Of a DNA stretch of 64,000 nucleotides, positions 11,046-22,594 are shown piece by piece. Numbering within the stretch: position 1 is the stretch's first letter; the number at the start of each line of letters is the position of its first letter. Position numbers and translations under genes: made by a program. The notes under the pieces are model-generated. The model had not been told where the DNA came from. It saw only the letters and a list, made by a program, of their open reading frames with translations, and did not search any database. Origin of the DNA: an uncultured Pseudomonadota bacterium (lineage in GTDB: Bacteria; Desulfobacterota; Binatia; Binatales; Binataceae). The stretch lies in NCBI GenBank assembly GCA_963824565.1, contig CAWGQB010000026.1:21438-85437 (forward strand). The letters are read 5' to 3'.

Positions 11046-11810
11046 ATGGCTGATGATTTTGCCGGCAAGGTTGTGATCGTCACGGGCGCGGCTAGCGGTA
11101 TCGGGCGCGCCACTGCCGGCGCGTTCGCGCGGCGGGGAGCATCAGTGGTTCTCGCCGATTTAAACGAAGCCGCCGGTGCTGAGTTCGAGCGGGAACTGCA
11201 AACGTCGGGCGCGCAGGCGCTCTTTGTCCGCACCGACGTGTCTCGACCCGAGGACTGCGAGCGGATGGCCGCCGCCGCCAACCAGCGCTGGGGCCGCCTC
11301 GACGTGGCCTTCAACAACGCCGGCATCTCCGATTCTGCTACTCCGCCGCCTACCCACGAATACCCACTCGAGTTGTGGCACAAGATCCTGGACATCGATT
11401 TATCCGGAGTATTCTATTGCCTGCGCTATGAGATTCCATTGATGCTGGCGGGCGGCGGTGGCGCCATCGTCAATACCGCCTCGATGCAGGCAACCAAGGC
11501 GTATCCCGGGTGTCCGGCTTACACCGCGGCAAAGGCCGGTGTGATTGGACTCACCAGGGTGGTCTGTGCCGAATACGCATCTAAAGGTATCCGCTGCAAT
11601 GCGATCGCGCCCGGTGTCGTCGATACTCCCATAAACCGGGACATCATCACGTCGCCGCAATGGAAAGGGGTATTCGAAGCCGCCATCCCCGCCGGACGAA
11701 TCGGACAACCAAACGAGGCCGCCGAGGCCGTCGTCTGGCTATGCTCTCCGGCCGCCAGTTACATCAACGGCGCGTGCTTGCCGGTAGACGGCGGATTCCT
11801 GGTGCGTTAA
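11046..11810 (+). CDS. SDR family oxidoreductase
   Basis: TGAASGIGRA Rossmann motif, NNAG, and a YxxxK context (YTAAKAG). Intact 254 aa. Confidence 0.85.
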   Translation: MADDFAGKVVIVTGAASGIGRATAGAFARRGASVVLADLNEAAGAEFERELQTSGAQALFVRTDVSRPEDCERMAAAANQRWGRLDVAFNNAGISDSATPPPTHEYPLELWHKILDIDLSGVFYCLRYEIPLMLAGGGGAIVNTASMQATKAYPGCPAYTAAKAGVIGLTRVVCAEYASKGIRCNAIAPGVVDTPINRDIITSPQWKGVFEAAIPAGRIGQPNEAAEAVVWLCSPAASYINGACLPVDGGFLVR

Positions 11811-11847
11811 TCGCAGAATTTGAGCATTCGCGCCGTTATGCGAATAC

Positions 11848-12354
11848 TCAGTACGTTGCCGCGGCGAGCTTGCCGTGATCCCAACTCGCCCATTTCTGAG
11901 GCAGGAAGGAAATCACCGCGCGCTTGCCGGCGCGCTGCTTGACGAAATCGAGCAATTCCGTTTGCGGCTGCGCGCCGACGCTAACATTTCGGGCGGCGCC
12001 GTTGCGCCACATCGCGGTCAGCACTTCCACCACTTTTTCGGGATTGTCCTCGACTTCGCAAATCCCCCGAATCATCAGACCGCGCAGTTTGCGATGTTCA
12101 AATCCGCCGGGATTGACAGCTTCGAGAATCACCGCGGCCTTGGGATCGCGGCGCAAGTTCAGAATCTTCTGCGACTCGCCATAGGTCTGAAAGAAAATCC
12201 TGCCATCCTGGTACACCCATCCCATCGACACGATATGCGGATACCCACCAGGGCCATTGGTGGCGAGGAACATGGTCCAGTTCTCACGCATCCCTTCGTG
12301 AAGGAAGGCTTCGGCCTCCTCCCGAGTCATCTTGATCGCATCGCGCTGCTTCAT
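11848..12354 (-). CDS. Pyridoxamine 5'-phosphate oxidase (PPOX)-family / putative flavin- or F420-binding protein
   Basis: 168 aa with PPOX-like split-barrel N-terminal wording (MTREEAEAFL...MFLATNGPGGYPHIVSMGWVY...FFQTY). This assignment is weaker than the others. Confidence 0.55.
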   Translation of the reverse strand: MKQRDAIKMTREEAEAFLHEGMRENWTMFLATNGPGGYPHIVSMGWVYQDGRIFFQTYGESQKILNLRRDPKAAVILEAVNPGGFEHRKLRGLMIRGICEVEDNPEKVVEVLTAMWRNGAARNVSVGAQPQTELLDFVKQRAGKRAVISFLPQKWASWDHGKLAAATY

Positions 12355-12379
12355 CGCTGTTCCTCCGAATGATTCAGCA

Positions 12380-13172
12380 TCAGAACGTCCAGCCGAGAAT
12401 CGACTTGATGAAGACGCCGTTGCTGGCTCGCGTCAGGCCGAAGCCTACCCCGAGGTTGATCTCCAACCTTGGATCGAGGTCCAGGTTGACGGCCGGGACC
12501 AGAAAATGCTGCTGTTGCTGGACGCCCGGGCAGGTACGCAATCGCTCCCATGTCGCCGTAGTATTCCAACGCCGGCGAGAGCCAGCGAAAAAGCTCGTTG
12601 TAAACGATTTCGCCCGAGGGGTCGAATTGCATGCCTTGATGGGTTCCGGGGCCGCTGAACGGCTTTTCAAACGCAAGGTTCGCGACGATGTCGAAATGTA
12701 GGACATGGCTTTCGAGGATCGGGCGCAGTTCCAGCGTTAATGGATTCTCTTCGGCGGCGAAGCGCATATAGTCCAGCTCGATGTTGCCGCCCAGGGCAAT
12801 CGGCCATTGGTCGGTCTGGCTGATCCCGAAATGCACCTTCGAGCGGCTGCCGGCGTATTCATAGTTGCCATTATTCAGCACGGCGGTACAAAAGTACTGG
12901 CCAACTTCGAGATGCTCGAAGACGCCGTAGGTCGCCTCCAGCGTTTCGTGAATCTGGTAGGGATTTATGGTTTCATGAGCCAACTGACCGGTCGCCGTGG
13001 TGACGCTGTTGGAGTGCAGTTCGAGTTGAAGCTGATGCTCGGGCGTGGTGTCGACCGTGTAGATCTCGATTTCGTAAAAATCGATGGCACGCGCGTTCGC
13101 TGCGCACGACAGCAGCCACCAAACTCCAAGCAAAACAACCAAGACGACCGCGCATCGGATGCAGTCCGGCAC
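12380..13172 (-). pseudogene. Putative outer-membrane beta-barrel protein, one frameshift near 12550
   Basis: Signal peptide (VVLVVLLGVWWLLSCAANARA) and an alternating beta pattern. The OMP-type C-terminus ending ...GVFIKSILGWTF (terminal Phe) lies in ORF 12380..12706 in another frame. Confidence 0.55.
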
Positions 13173-13224
13173 CGCCGATCAGGGCGGCGTCCTTCGTAGC
13201 TGCGCAGTCACGATGGGTTGGGGT

Positions 13225-13980
13225 TCATCGTGATCGGGTGACGCCAATCCTGGGACATCGGCGCGCCAGCGGACAGCGCGAACAAAGTGGCGATACGGGC
13301 TGGCAAATGGTCTGGCCAAAGGCGACCAGCAGTCCGTTGAATTCGATCCAGTAGCGGCGAGGCAGAAACTTGCGCAGCGCCGCCTCGGTTTCATCCGGCA
13401 TCGCGGTCCGCACCAGTCCCCAGCGGTTGGAGATGCGATGAACATGGGTGTCGACGCAGATTCCCGGCTTGCGAAAGGCCTGCGTCACCACCAGGTTAGC
13501 GGTCTTGCGTCCCACTCCGTTAAGCGTCAGCAAATCATCGATTCGGTCCGGCACGCGTCCCTCAAACCGGTCGATTAAGTCCCGGCAGATGTCGCGAATC
13601 ACTTTGGCCTTGTTGCGATAAAAGCCAACCGGATAGATCGCTTTCTCCAGGCGCTCGACTTCCAAGGCCAGCATCCGCTGCGGATTGTCGGCGAGCGCAA
13701 ACAGGCGCGCGGCCGCCACCGCCGTGGTCTGGTCCTTGGTGCGCAAACTCAGGATGCATCCGATCAGGGTTTTGAACGGGTCGTCTTCCTGTGCCGCGAT
13801 GAGATTTAGTATCGGTGCGTTCCATTGCGTCGATTCCCGCCGCAAGATCTTGAGCGCGGCACCAGTGGCGCGCGCCGTGAATGGCAGCGTAGCCGGTTGA
13901 TTGCGCGCCGTGCGGGGCGCCGGACGCCGTCTGCGCGATGCGGTTGGGAGGCCGGAGCCGATTTCCGTGTCAGGCGGCAT
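13225..13980 (-). CDS. nth: Endonuclease III (DNA glycosylase/AP lyase)
   Basis: HhH-GPD block LNGVGRKTANLV...VDTHVHR plus the C-terminal 4-Cys cluster C..C.....C..C (CQPVSPLCSRCPLARRC). Confidence 0.85.
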   Translation of the reverse strand: MPPDTEIGSGLPTASRRRRPAPRTARNQPATLPFTARATGAALKILRRESTQWNAPILNLIAAQEDDPFKTLIGCILSLRTKDQTTAVAAARLFALADNPQRMLALEVERLEKAIYPVGFYRNKAKVIRDICRDLIDRFEGRVPDRIDDLLTLNGVGRKTANLVVTQAFRKPGICVDTHVHRISNRWGLVRTAMPDETEAALRKFLPRRYWIEFNGLLVAFGQTICQPVSPLCSRCPLARRCPRIGVTRSR

Positions 13981-14152
13981 GCTGATTCACCAGGATCGGC
14001 GATAAACATTAGCATGGCGGAGGTGGCTGAGAAGCGCCGCGGTCCAAAACCATGCTTTTGAACCGTTGCGGCGGAGCGTGGTCCCACTTAGCGCTCCGGC
14101 GTTACCGCCGCCTGTTACGGAACGTCTATCGATTAGCATAGAATTGCGCTCG

Positions 14153-15603
14153 ATGGTGCGGCTAGCGCGTGCGGCTAAAGAGCGAATCAACAATGGCCGG
14201 GGAAGCTTCGGGCTCGCTTTCGTTTGTGCCGCGCTGTTGGCGCTGTTCGCGGGTGCGGCGCGGGCCGACTCTCCCGGGCTCTTCGACTGGGATGCGCTTA
14301 CCCACGAAGCCACCGATTTGCTCTCCAATTACATCCAGATCAATACCACCAACCCGCCGGGAAACGAATTGGCCGCCGCCAAAATGCTCAAGGAGACCTT
14401 CCTACATGACGGCATCCCAGCGGCGGTCTTCGAAGCCGGCTCCCGGCCGCGGGATTATTGCCGCGCGGCTGCGTGGGGTCGGCAAGCAGCGCAAGGCGCT
14501 GATCCTGCTGAGCCACATGGACGTGGTACCGGCCGATCCCAAGGAATGGTCGGTGCCGCCGTTTTCCGGCCAGGTCAAGGGGGGAGAGATCTGGGGCCGG
14601 GGGGCGCTGGACGATAAGGGTCCGGGAGTGGTCTTTTTGATGGCGATGCTGGCGATCAAGCGCGCCCGGATTCTGCTCAACCGCGACATTGTGTTTATCG
14701 CCACCGCCGACGAAGAGGTCGGCGGCAAGCTGGGCGCGGGATGGGTGGTACAGCATCAGCCCAACCTCTACCGCGACGCCGGCTATGTCCTGAACGAAGG
14801 TGGCGGCGTCCGCACCGATCATGCCGGGCATCAATACTATAGCGTTGCGATTACCGAAAAGAGCCCGTTGTGGCTGCGCCTGACTGCGACCGGCGCCAGC
14901 GGGCATGCGGCCTCGCCGCCCGGAGCAGACGGCGGTGACCCGCCTGGTCGACGGCGTTGAACAAGCTGGACGGTTACCAGCCGCCAATCAAGGTCCTGCC
15001 CGTGGTGGAAGATTATTTTCATCAACTGGCCACGATGGACCCAAGCCAATCGTCCCTGCTGGACCTGCGCCAGGCGCTTGGCGGATCCCGCCGTCGAAAA
15101 ACAGTTTGTTAGCCGTGCCCCATCAAAACGCGTTGGTGCGTGATACACTCACGCCTACGGTTGTGAACGCGGGGTACAAAACCAACATCATTCCCGCCAG
15201 CGCTTCGGCGGAACTCGACTGCCGGCTGTTTCCCGACGAAGATCCCAAGGCCTTCATTAAAGTTATCCGGGATCTAATCGGAGATGATAACATCAAGATT
15301 GAGCAACTGCTGAATTTTCCGACTTTGGCTTCGCCCGAGCAGAGCGAATTGATGGACGCGATTGTCACCCTGGCGCGGCGCAAGGACAACGATGCACCGG
15401 TGATCCCGGCCCTGCTGACCGGCTTCAACGATAGCCATTACTTCCGCCAGCATGGTCTGGTGGCCTATGGCTTCGTACCGATTGAGGTTTCGGAGCAGGA
15501 GGGCCATACGGTTCACGGCGCGAACGAACGAATCCCGATCAAGGCGCTAGCCGGCGGTATCCAACGGATGGTGGAATTGCTCCGCATTATGGGTGGCCAG
15601 TGA
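14153..15603 (+). pseudogene. M20 family metallopeptidase (secreted), at least 5 frameshifts
   Basis: Signal peptide, then INTTNPPGNE, LLSHMDVVPA, GRGALDDKG, ATADEEVGG and GHAS motifs spread over three frames (ORFs 14066.., 14169.., 14905..). Frame switches fall near 14440, 14920, 14950, 15080 and 15112. Confidence 0.8.
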
Positions 15604-15612
15604 GGTGGTTTT

Positions 15613-16793
15613 ATGCTGCGCGCAGGAGTTGGGCTTTCAACTGCATCCGATCCGGCGGCCGCCGCCGATGAAGCGGTCGCATCGGCGCTTGCGCAAGCCG
15701 GATTGAGGGTCGCCGACGCGGCGATTTGCTTTGCCACCAGCAACCATTCGGCGTCCTACCGGTTGATGATGCGGACGGTCGCCGAGCGCGCGCAAACTCC
15801 GCAAGTGGCGGGTTGCAGCGCCAGCGGAGTGATCGCCGCGGGACGCGAGATCGAAGCCGGCACCGCGGTCTCGGTGCTGGTCGTCGGCGGCGGGATCAAG
15901 GCGCAACGGATCTTCGTACCCGGGCTCAAGAGGCCGCGCCGAGGAGGCCGCCCACGAGGTTGCCGCCGCCGCCCGTCCCGCGCTGGGTAAAGCCAACCTA
16001 CTGTGCCTGTTTCCCGATTCCTACAATCTCGATCCCGAACCGTTTCTGGCCGCTCTCGGGCGCGATTTGCCCGAAGCGATCGTTGCCGGCGGTGGCGCTA
16101 CCGAGGACGGACGCAGCGGCGAGACCTTCGCGTTATGCGGCGACGCGGTCAGCAGCGACGCGGTCTCCGGGATGCTATTTTCAGGCGATATCGAGATTAC
16201 TCCCGCGGCGAGTTTGGGGTGCCGGCTGATTGGACCGCCCCGGCGCGTGACGGCCGCCCGTCACAACGTGCTGATCGAACTCGATGGGCAACCGGCGTTG
16301 GCAGCACTGCGGCAGACGATCGGACCATTGGGTGAGGATTTGCGCCGCGCCGCGGCGATGGTCTATGTCGCGATGACGTTGGATCCCGAAGCCAAGCGGC
16401 TGGAGCATGGCCATTACTTGATTCGCAACATGATCGGCTTCGACGAGGCCAAAGGATTGATTGCGACGGTTTACAAGCCCCAGGTTGGCGACCTGGTCGG
16501 TTTCGCTTTGCGCGACGAAGAAGGCGCCCGCGACAACCTCAAACTGACGCTGGAACAAATGCAGCGTGGCCTGCGCCATCCTCCCGCCTTCGGGTTGTAT
16601 TTCGATTGCGTGTCACGGGGCAGCAATCTGTATACCGTCGCCGATCACGACAGCTGCTTACATCAACCGATACTTTCCCGGGCTGCCGGTGGCCGGATTC
16701 TTTACCGGTTTTGAACTCGGGCCGCTGGCTCAAGCGACCCGGCTGCTGCAGTATTCCGGGGTGTTGACGCTGGTGTCCGGTCGCGAGGAATGA
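15613..16793 (+). pseudogene. FIST (N+C) domain sensory protein, 2 frameshifts (about 15935 and 16650)
   Basis: The N-terminal FIST pattern (AAICFATSNH...GCSASGVIA) and the C-terminal GFFTGFELGP lie in different frames. Confidence 0.7.
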
Positions 16794-16825
16794 CTTCCCG
16801 GGCCGATCGGCTATAGTAACAGCTA

Positions 16826-17260
16826 ATGGCGCGGCGGCATGAAAGTTTAATCCCGCTCTCGCATGAGCATCATGATGCGCTGATGCTGGCGTGGCGATTG
16901 CTCACTGGCAACTTGTCCAAGCGCGAGCCCGAACTGCGCGCCAGGCACGTTAGTGCGTTCTTCGAATATCGGCTGATCAACCATATGCGGATCGAAGAGG
17001 AACTGCTATATCCCGCATGCCGCGCGGTGCTGGGTACGGAAGCGTCGTTGATCGACGTGCTGCTGAGCGACCATCGCGAGTTGCGGGCAAAAGCCGCGGC
17101 GATTAAGGCCGGCGCGCACGAACAGGTGGAGAGCTTCTGCGTTTTGCTCGAACGCCACATCCGAACCGAGGAACGTCAACTGTTCGTGCTGGCGGAGAAT
17201 CGGCTGAAGCCGGCGGAGATGGTGAAGCTAGGGCGCCAGATAAAAGAACAGATGAGATGA
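16826..17260 (+). CDS. Hemerythrin HHE cation-binding domain protein
   Basis: H..HH...H.EE...H...E pattern (LSHEHHDAL; NHMRIEEELLYP; SDHRELR; ERHIRTEERQLF). Confidence 0.75.
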   Translation: MARRHESLIPLSHEHHDALMLAWRLLTGNLSKREPELRARHVSAFFEYRLINHMRIEEELLYPACRAVLGTEASLIDVLLSDHRELRAKAAAIKAGAHEQVESFCVLLERHIRTEERQLFVLAENRLKPAEMVKLGRQIKEQMR

Positions 17261-17354
17261 GGGGCACAATAGCCCCCATAGTTTAACTTAATCTCCCGGC
17301 CAGTGGGCGCTGGCGTCTCTGCCGTTAGATATAGGAACAATCCAATAAGGCAAC

Positions 17355-18269
17355 TTATAATTCGTGAATCGAACCCTGGCGCGGCGAACTGCGGCGAAGC
17401 TTGAGGCGGCCGTACCAGTAGCCGCAGAAGTTGACGCATTCGAGCTGATGATAAAAGGCCAGCGGCTGATTGCCTCTGGCGGCGGCGGCAGCCATCCGCA
17501 CCAGATTCTTTATCAGCTTGTCCGGACGGTTGTGGCTACGACCTCCGCTGAACGCGCTTCCGACCCCGAAGGCGAACGCCTTGCGCCTGAAATATGGACG
17601 GGTCATGCGCTCGGCCCCGATCAGATGATGCACCACGGCGCGGGGCGCGATGCCGATCTTGCCGCCGCCATTGATGATTCGCGCGAATAATTCGTGTCCT
17701 CTCCCGACATGGGGTTGTCGCCTACTACCCCGAGATCTTCCCGGAACAGTCCAAAGCGCGAAAAGCATTCGCGCGTGAATCCGACGTTGGCGCTGAAATA
17801 TTGCGAGAGCTTCTCGGGCGGCGTGGATTGTTCCCGATGCACGGCGAGCTTGCCGTAAACTTCGACATCTAACCAAGGCGGCCGCGGCGCCTGCCATTGC
17901 GCCAGCACCAATCCGCAAGCGGCATCAAGTTCGCGCCGGCGGATTTCCTCCAGTAATTGCATCGCCCAGTCCGGTTCGATGATCACGTCGTCGTCGATGA
18001 AGAAGACCATCTCCCCATGCGCTTCATGTACGGCCCGATTGCGTGCGAAGCTCGACCCCTGGCGCGGTTCGAGCACCCGTCTCACGGTAAACGGTGCGGT
18101 GCGCGCAAACGCCTCCACCACCGTGGGCGTTGCGTCGCTGGAATTGTTGTCGACCACCAGACAGTCGAGCTCGATTTCCCGGTCGAGTCTGAGCTGCCCC
18201 ATAGAATTCAAGCGTCAGGGCCAGCGTCTGACTGCGGTTATGCGTGGGAATGGCGACCGTCAGTTTCAT
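17355..18269 (-). pseudogene. Family 2 glycosyltransferase, 2 frameshifts (about 18205 and 17700)
   Basis: MKLTVAIPTHNRSQTL (ORF 18024..18287), then VVDNNSSD...FFIDDD (ORF 17621..18211), then the C-terminal part in ORF 17355..17918. Confidence 0.8.
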
Positions 18270-18544
18270 CGCGGCTGATTTTAACACGGCGCCGCGGGCA
18301 GCTTACCACCACCGGCGAGGACGGTTTCACAGTGCGTCGATCTCCCACCGGGTGAAACGCCACCGTCTGGACCGGCTGGTACGCTCGCAAGGCGGCCGCT
18401 ACCCAATAGCTTGCGACAGCAGCCCTTAAGCATAAAGAATAAATTGGCTCCGCTGAAGGAGGAGTTGCCGCGCCGCTCCAGCCACGCATGCTACCCGGAA
18501 TCGAGACCCATGCGGCGCCCTTTCACTCCGAACGGAGATTCGCC

Positions 18545-21141
18545 ATGACGAAATCTCCAACGGCCACACGCTTCCTGGCAATCATTGGTCTGGCTCTCAG
18601 CTACTTCCTGGCGGGCAAGATCGGACTACACTTCGCCAGCGTCAATCCCAGTGCCGCCGCCATCTGGGCTCCCGCGGGAATCGCCTTGGCTGGCGTGCTC
18701 CTGATGGGCTATCGAATCTGGCCGGCTATTGCCGCCGCTGCGTTTCTGGTCAACCTGACCACCGCCGGTTCAATGGCGACCTCGATCGCCATCGCGTCCG
18801 GGAACACGCTGGAAGCATTGGCCGGAGCCTATCTTATCAATCGGTTCGCCAATGGCCGTCATATCTTCGAACGCACGATGGATGCCGTAAAGTTCCTGCT
18901 GCTGGCCGCCATCGTCAGCACGGCGGTGTCCGCGTGTATCGGCGTCACCAGCTTATGTCTCGGCGGATATGCGCGATGGTCCGAATATGGCTGGATCTGG
19001 TTGACCTGGTGGTTTGGCGACGCCACTGGCGATCTGATCGTCGCGCCGGTGATATTGCTGTGGGCTACGAATTTTCGCGTGACCTGGACCCGCAAACAGG
19101 CCTGCGAGGGAGCGCTGCTGCTCTTTTCGGTGGCTGCTGATCGGCGGGGTCCTGTTCGATGGCTGGTTGCCGCTGGCCAGTCAGCGCTATCCGCTGGATT
19201 TCGTCTGCGTCCCGGTTTTGTTGTGGGCGGCGTTTCGATTCGGTCCGCGCGAGACCGCGGCGATGACTTTGATTCTGGTGGCGATCGCCATCGCCGGAAC
19301 CGTCAATGGGTTCGGTCCGTTTGCGCAGGGCAGTCCCAACGAGGCTCTCCTGCTGTTGCAGATTTTCATGGGAATAACGGGCCTGATGAGCATCGCCGTC
19401 GCGATCGAAGTCGCTGAGCGCCGCCGCCTGGACGAAACCCGCGCCCGGTTTGCGGCCATCGTCGATTCATCGGACGACGCCATCATTGGCAAGACTCTGG
19501 GCGGACAAATCACCTCGTGGAACGCGGGTGCGGAGCGGATTTTCGGTTTCAGTCCCGAAGAAGACGATCGGGCAGCCGATCAATATCATTATGCCTGTGC
19601 AACGGCAGCAGGAGGAGGCCGACGTTCTGGCGCGTCTGCGCCAGGGCCAAGCGGTCAGGCCTTTCGAAACGGTTCGTGTGCGCAAGGATGGACAGCTAAT
19701 CGATGTCTCGTTGACGATATCGCCAATTAGGGCTGACGACGGCCGTGTTATCGGTGCGTCAAACATCGCGCGCGACATCACGGAACAAAAGCGCGCCAGA
19801 CAGGAACGTGAAGAATTCCTGCGCTCCGAACGGGCCGCGCACACCAGGGCCGAAAAGACCTTGTTGATGCTGCGCCGGCTCCAAATGGTAACCGACACCA
19901 CCTTGTCCAAGCTGACTCAGGAAGAGTTGATGCCGGAATTGTTGGCGCGCTTGCGTTCGGCGCTCAATGCCGACACCGCGACCATCCTGCTGCTGGAGCC
20001 GGACGGGCAGTATCTGACGCCCGGTCAGGATCGGTGGGTATCGCGGAACACACCGAACCCGGGGTTCAGATTCCAATCGGCCGCGGCGCCGCGGGAAGAA
20101 TCGCGACCAGCGATGCGGGGTTGATTTTTAATGACCTGGCCAAAGTGGAGATATCCAGTCCGCGGTTGCGTGAGCGGGTAAAGTCTTTGGTCGGCGCACC
20201 GCTGAAGATCGCCGAACGGATGATCGGCGTAATTCATGTGGGTTCGGAAATACCGCGCGAATTCACTGACGACGACCTTGATCTTATCCGCCTGGTCGCG
20301 CATCGTGCGGCGTTGGCCATCGAACGCACCCAACTGCATGCCGCGGAACATGCGGCGCGGGAGGCGGCGGAAGCTGCGAACCGTATCAAGGATGAGTTCC
20401 TGGCGATGCTCGGCCATGAACTGCGCAATCCTCTCGCCGCGATCGCCATGTCCGCGCATGTACTGGCGCGCGCCGATGGACGATCGGATCTGGTGCATGA
20501 TGCGCAAAGGATCATCACGCGGCAAGTCGATCTGCTCTCACGGCTGGTCGGCGAACTGCTCGATGTAGCCCGGCTCAGCAGTGGCAAGATAACGCTGCGG
20601 CGGCAGCCGATCGACGTGGCCCGTTGCGTAGAGGAATGCGTCAGACAGTTGGAGGTGGCGAGGCTGCTCGAAGGTCATCGCGTGCTTATTGAAACCCGAA
20701 TCCGCATGGGTCGACGGCGACTTGGAACGCCTGAACCAGATAGTCACCAACCTTCTCTCCAACGCCGCAAAATATACCCCTGCCGGAGGCGATATCGCAG
20801 TCAGCGTCAAGGCCGAGGGTGACTGCACCATGATTCGCGTGAAGGATAGCGGAATAGGGATTTCGCCGGAACTCCTGGCCCGCATTTTCGATGCCTTTGT
20901 CCAGGGAAAAGTGGAGCTTGATCGCTCGAAAGGTGGTTTGGGCGTCGGCTTAACGCTGGTCCGGCGTTTGGCCGAACTTCACGGCGGCAAGGTGGAGGCA
21001 ATCAGCGACGGGCTGGGCCATGGCAGCACTTTCATCGTAGCCCTTCCACGGATTGCCGCGCCGGTGGTGTCCGCAGCCGCGTCCATCGTGCCAGAACGCG
21101 GAGCACTCCGGATTCGCCGGCTACCTGGCGAAGCCCATTGA
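18545..21141 (+). pseudogene. Sensor histidine kinase, MASE1-PAS-GAF-HisKA-HATPase_c, about 4 frameshifts (about 19150, 19565, 20030 and 20695)
   Basis: MASE1-like membrane N-terminus (GKIGLHFASVNPSAAAIWAPAGIALA), PAS ([23 protein letters not shown]...NIARDITEQKRA), GAF, H-box FLAMLGHELRNPL, N/G boxes NLLSNAAKYTP and DSGIGI...GLGVGL, spread over five overlapping ORFs. Confidence 0.85.
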
Positions 21142-21232
21142 ACCTGAAGAATAGATGCAGCTAATTGCAGCGCTGTCGCCTCCCCCTCGCACTTCGGCGA
21201 CCCCACACGCCCAAACCATAATCCCCGATTGA
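21095..21232 (+). other. Remnant of a receiver (REC) domain C-terminus fused out of frame to the kinase 3' end
   Basis: The +1 frame reads NAEHSGFAGYLAKPIEPEE*MQLIAAL, which is the REC alpha4-beta5-alpha5 signature (G..GYL.KPI.PEEL). A TAG sits where Leu is expected, and the first ~100 REC residues are absent. Confidence 0.55.
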
Positions 21233-21305
21233 AGGAATTTTTCACACTGAAGATGTGGAGACCATGGGCCTGGAAGCGAAGAACAAGGCTGTTACGTTAC
21301 CTTGA

Positions 21306-22594
21306 TCACTTCGATTTCGGTATGGCCGACGATGACGCTGGCAATGCGGGGGCCTTTGCGCCAGGATGCGCGATTACCAGCTTCGCATGCGCGCCTAACT
21401 GTACGCCGGCAAGTTTCGGCGATAGTGCCGCGGGTTCGCTGAAGATAATTCCGGTCACCTTACGCTTGGCTTGTTCTGTTCCTGGATTTGCATCGGTGCT
21501 TTGAGCGTGATTCCAAAAGTCCCGTGTTTCCCCCGGGCCTAAGGGGACGATCGGCAAATTGAAATCGGTAAATTCCAGTGGCGTCGCGATGGGCAGGTGC
21601 TTCTCTGAATAAACCGGCTTTCCCGGCGTCTGCGCCGTAAGATACGGTCAATTCCACTTGATCGAGCGCCCGGTCGCCGGAATTGGTAATTTGACCGAAC
21701 AATCCCGGCGCTCCCGACTGGGCCGGCTTATTGACAATATTCTTAAGCACCAACCTGGACCTGATATAAATGTGCCGCGGCGGTGCTGGCGCGGGCCGCT
21801 TCGATTGCTTTCATTTCGCCGGCCGAAGCCGCGGCTTAGTCCACCGCTTCCGCTGAACGGCGTTTTTTCAAGCCGGTCCTGGATTTCGCGGTAAAGTGAC
21901 AGGGCCCGGTCATAATCAAAGGCGTGATATGCGCTGAGAGCTTGCTCGTGAAGCTCGGCAATCCGCGCCCTTTCAGCGAAGTCGGCCAGCAAGTGCCATT
22001 CGTTCGCTTTCCTTGACCAGCACCATCTGATCCGCGTAACTGAGCCGCGGATAGCCGCCGCTGCCGAGCTGCTTTTCGGCCTTGGCCTGAACGGTCTGGC
22101 GATTGTCGCCGGGTGCGCCAAGCATACGTTCCCAAATTACGAGATTTGGTGTGGTAACGTTGACTGGCACGATCACCTCGGTGCCGCGGTTGAACGGAAT
22201 GCCTGAGTGGTACTCGGTGGCGCTTTCAATCTGCCCAAACCATCGTCGCGCGACGTTGGGCGCCATCGGTATATCGCCTAAGAATTCATCCAGAGAACCG
22301 TGATCGAGATCGCGCTTCGCGAGCATACGGTAGCAGGTCTGATAATCGCCGGCCTTGAGCGCTGCCAGGTAGGTTTGCGCGGCCGCTTTGGGATCGGGAC
22401 CAGGCGGCAATGGTGGCGTAGTTTTGGCACATCCCGCCATAAGCAGTAATCGCGGCAATCCACGCCCCGAGCAGAAAACGAAAACTCGCACGGTGCAGCC
22501 GCGAACTGACGCGTTTGCCGCTCTTTGAACTAATCTTGCCCAACTTCAGAAGTTCGTGCTCACGCAGGTCCATCACGTGCGGATCGTCCTCCAT
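21306..22594 (-). pseudogene. Hypothetical lipoprotein, at least 4 frameshifts
   Basis: A protein-like sequence can be followed through ORFs 22286..22678, 21973..22491, 21648..22121, 21460..21753 and 21306..21557. There is a lipobox-like LLMAGC. No domain is recognised. Confidence 0.4.

Noticed and set aside
17261-17290. ggggc-acaata-gcccc hairpin after the hemerythrin gene, considered as an intrinsic terminator
   Set aside because: The stem is only 5 bp and the T-tract is weak (catagttt). It is plausible between convergent genes but too weak to report as a feature.
17355-17390. GGTTCGATTC T-loop-like string on the minus strand, considered as a possible tRNA
   Set aside because: The flanking bases cannot form a T-stem or acceptor stem. 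The string lies in the last codons of the GT2 gene (…RQGSIHEL*).
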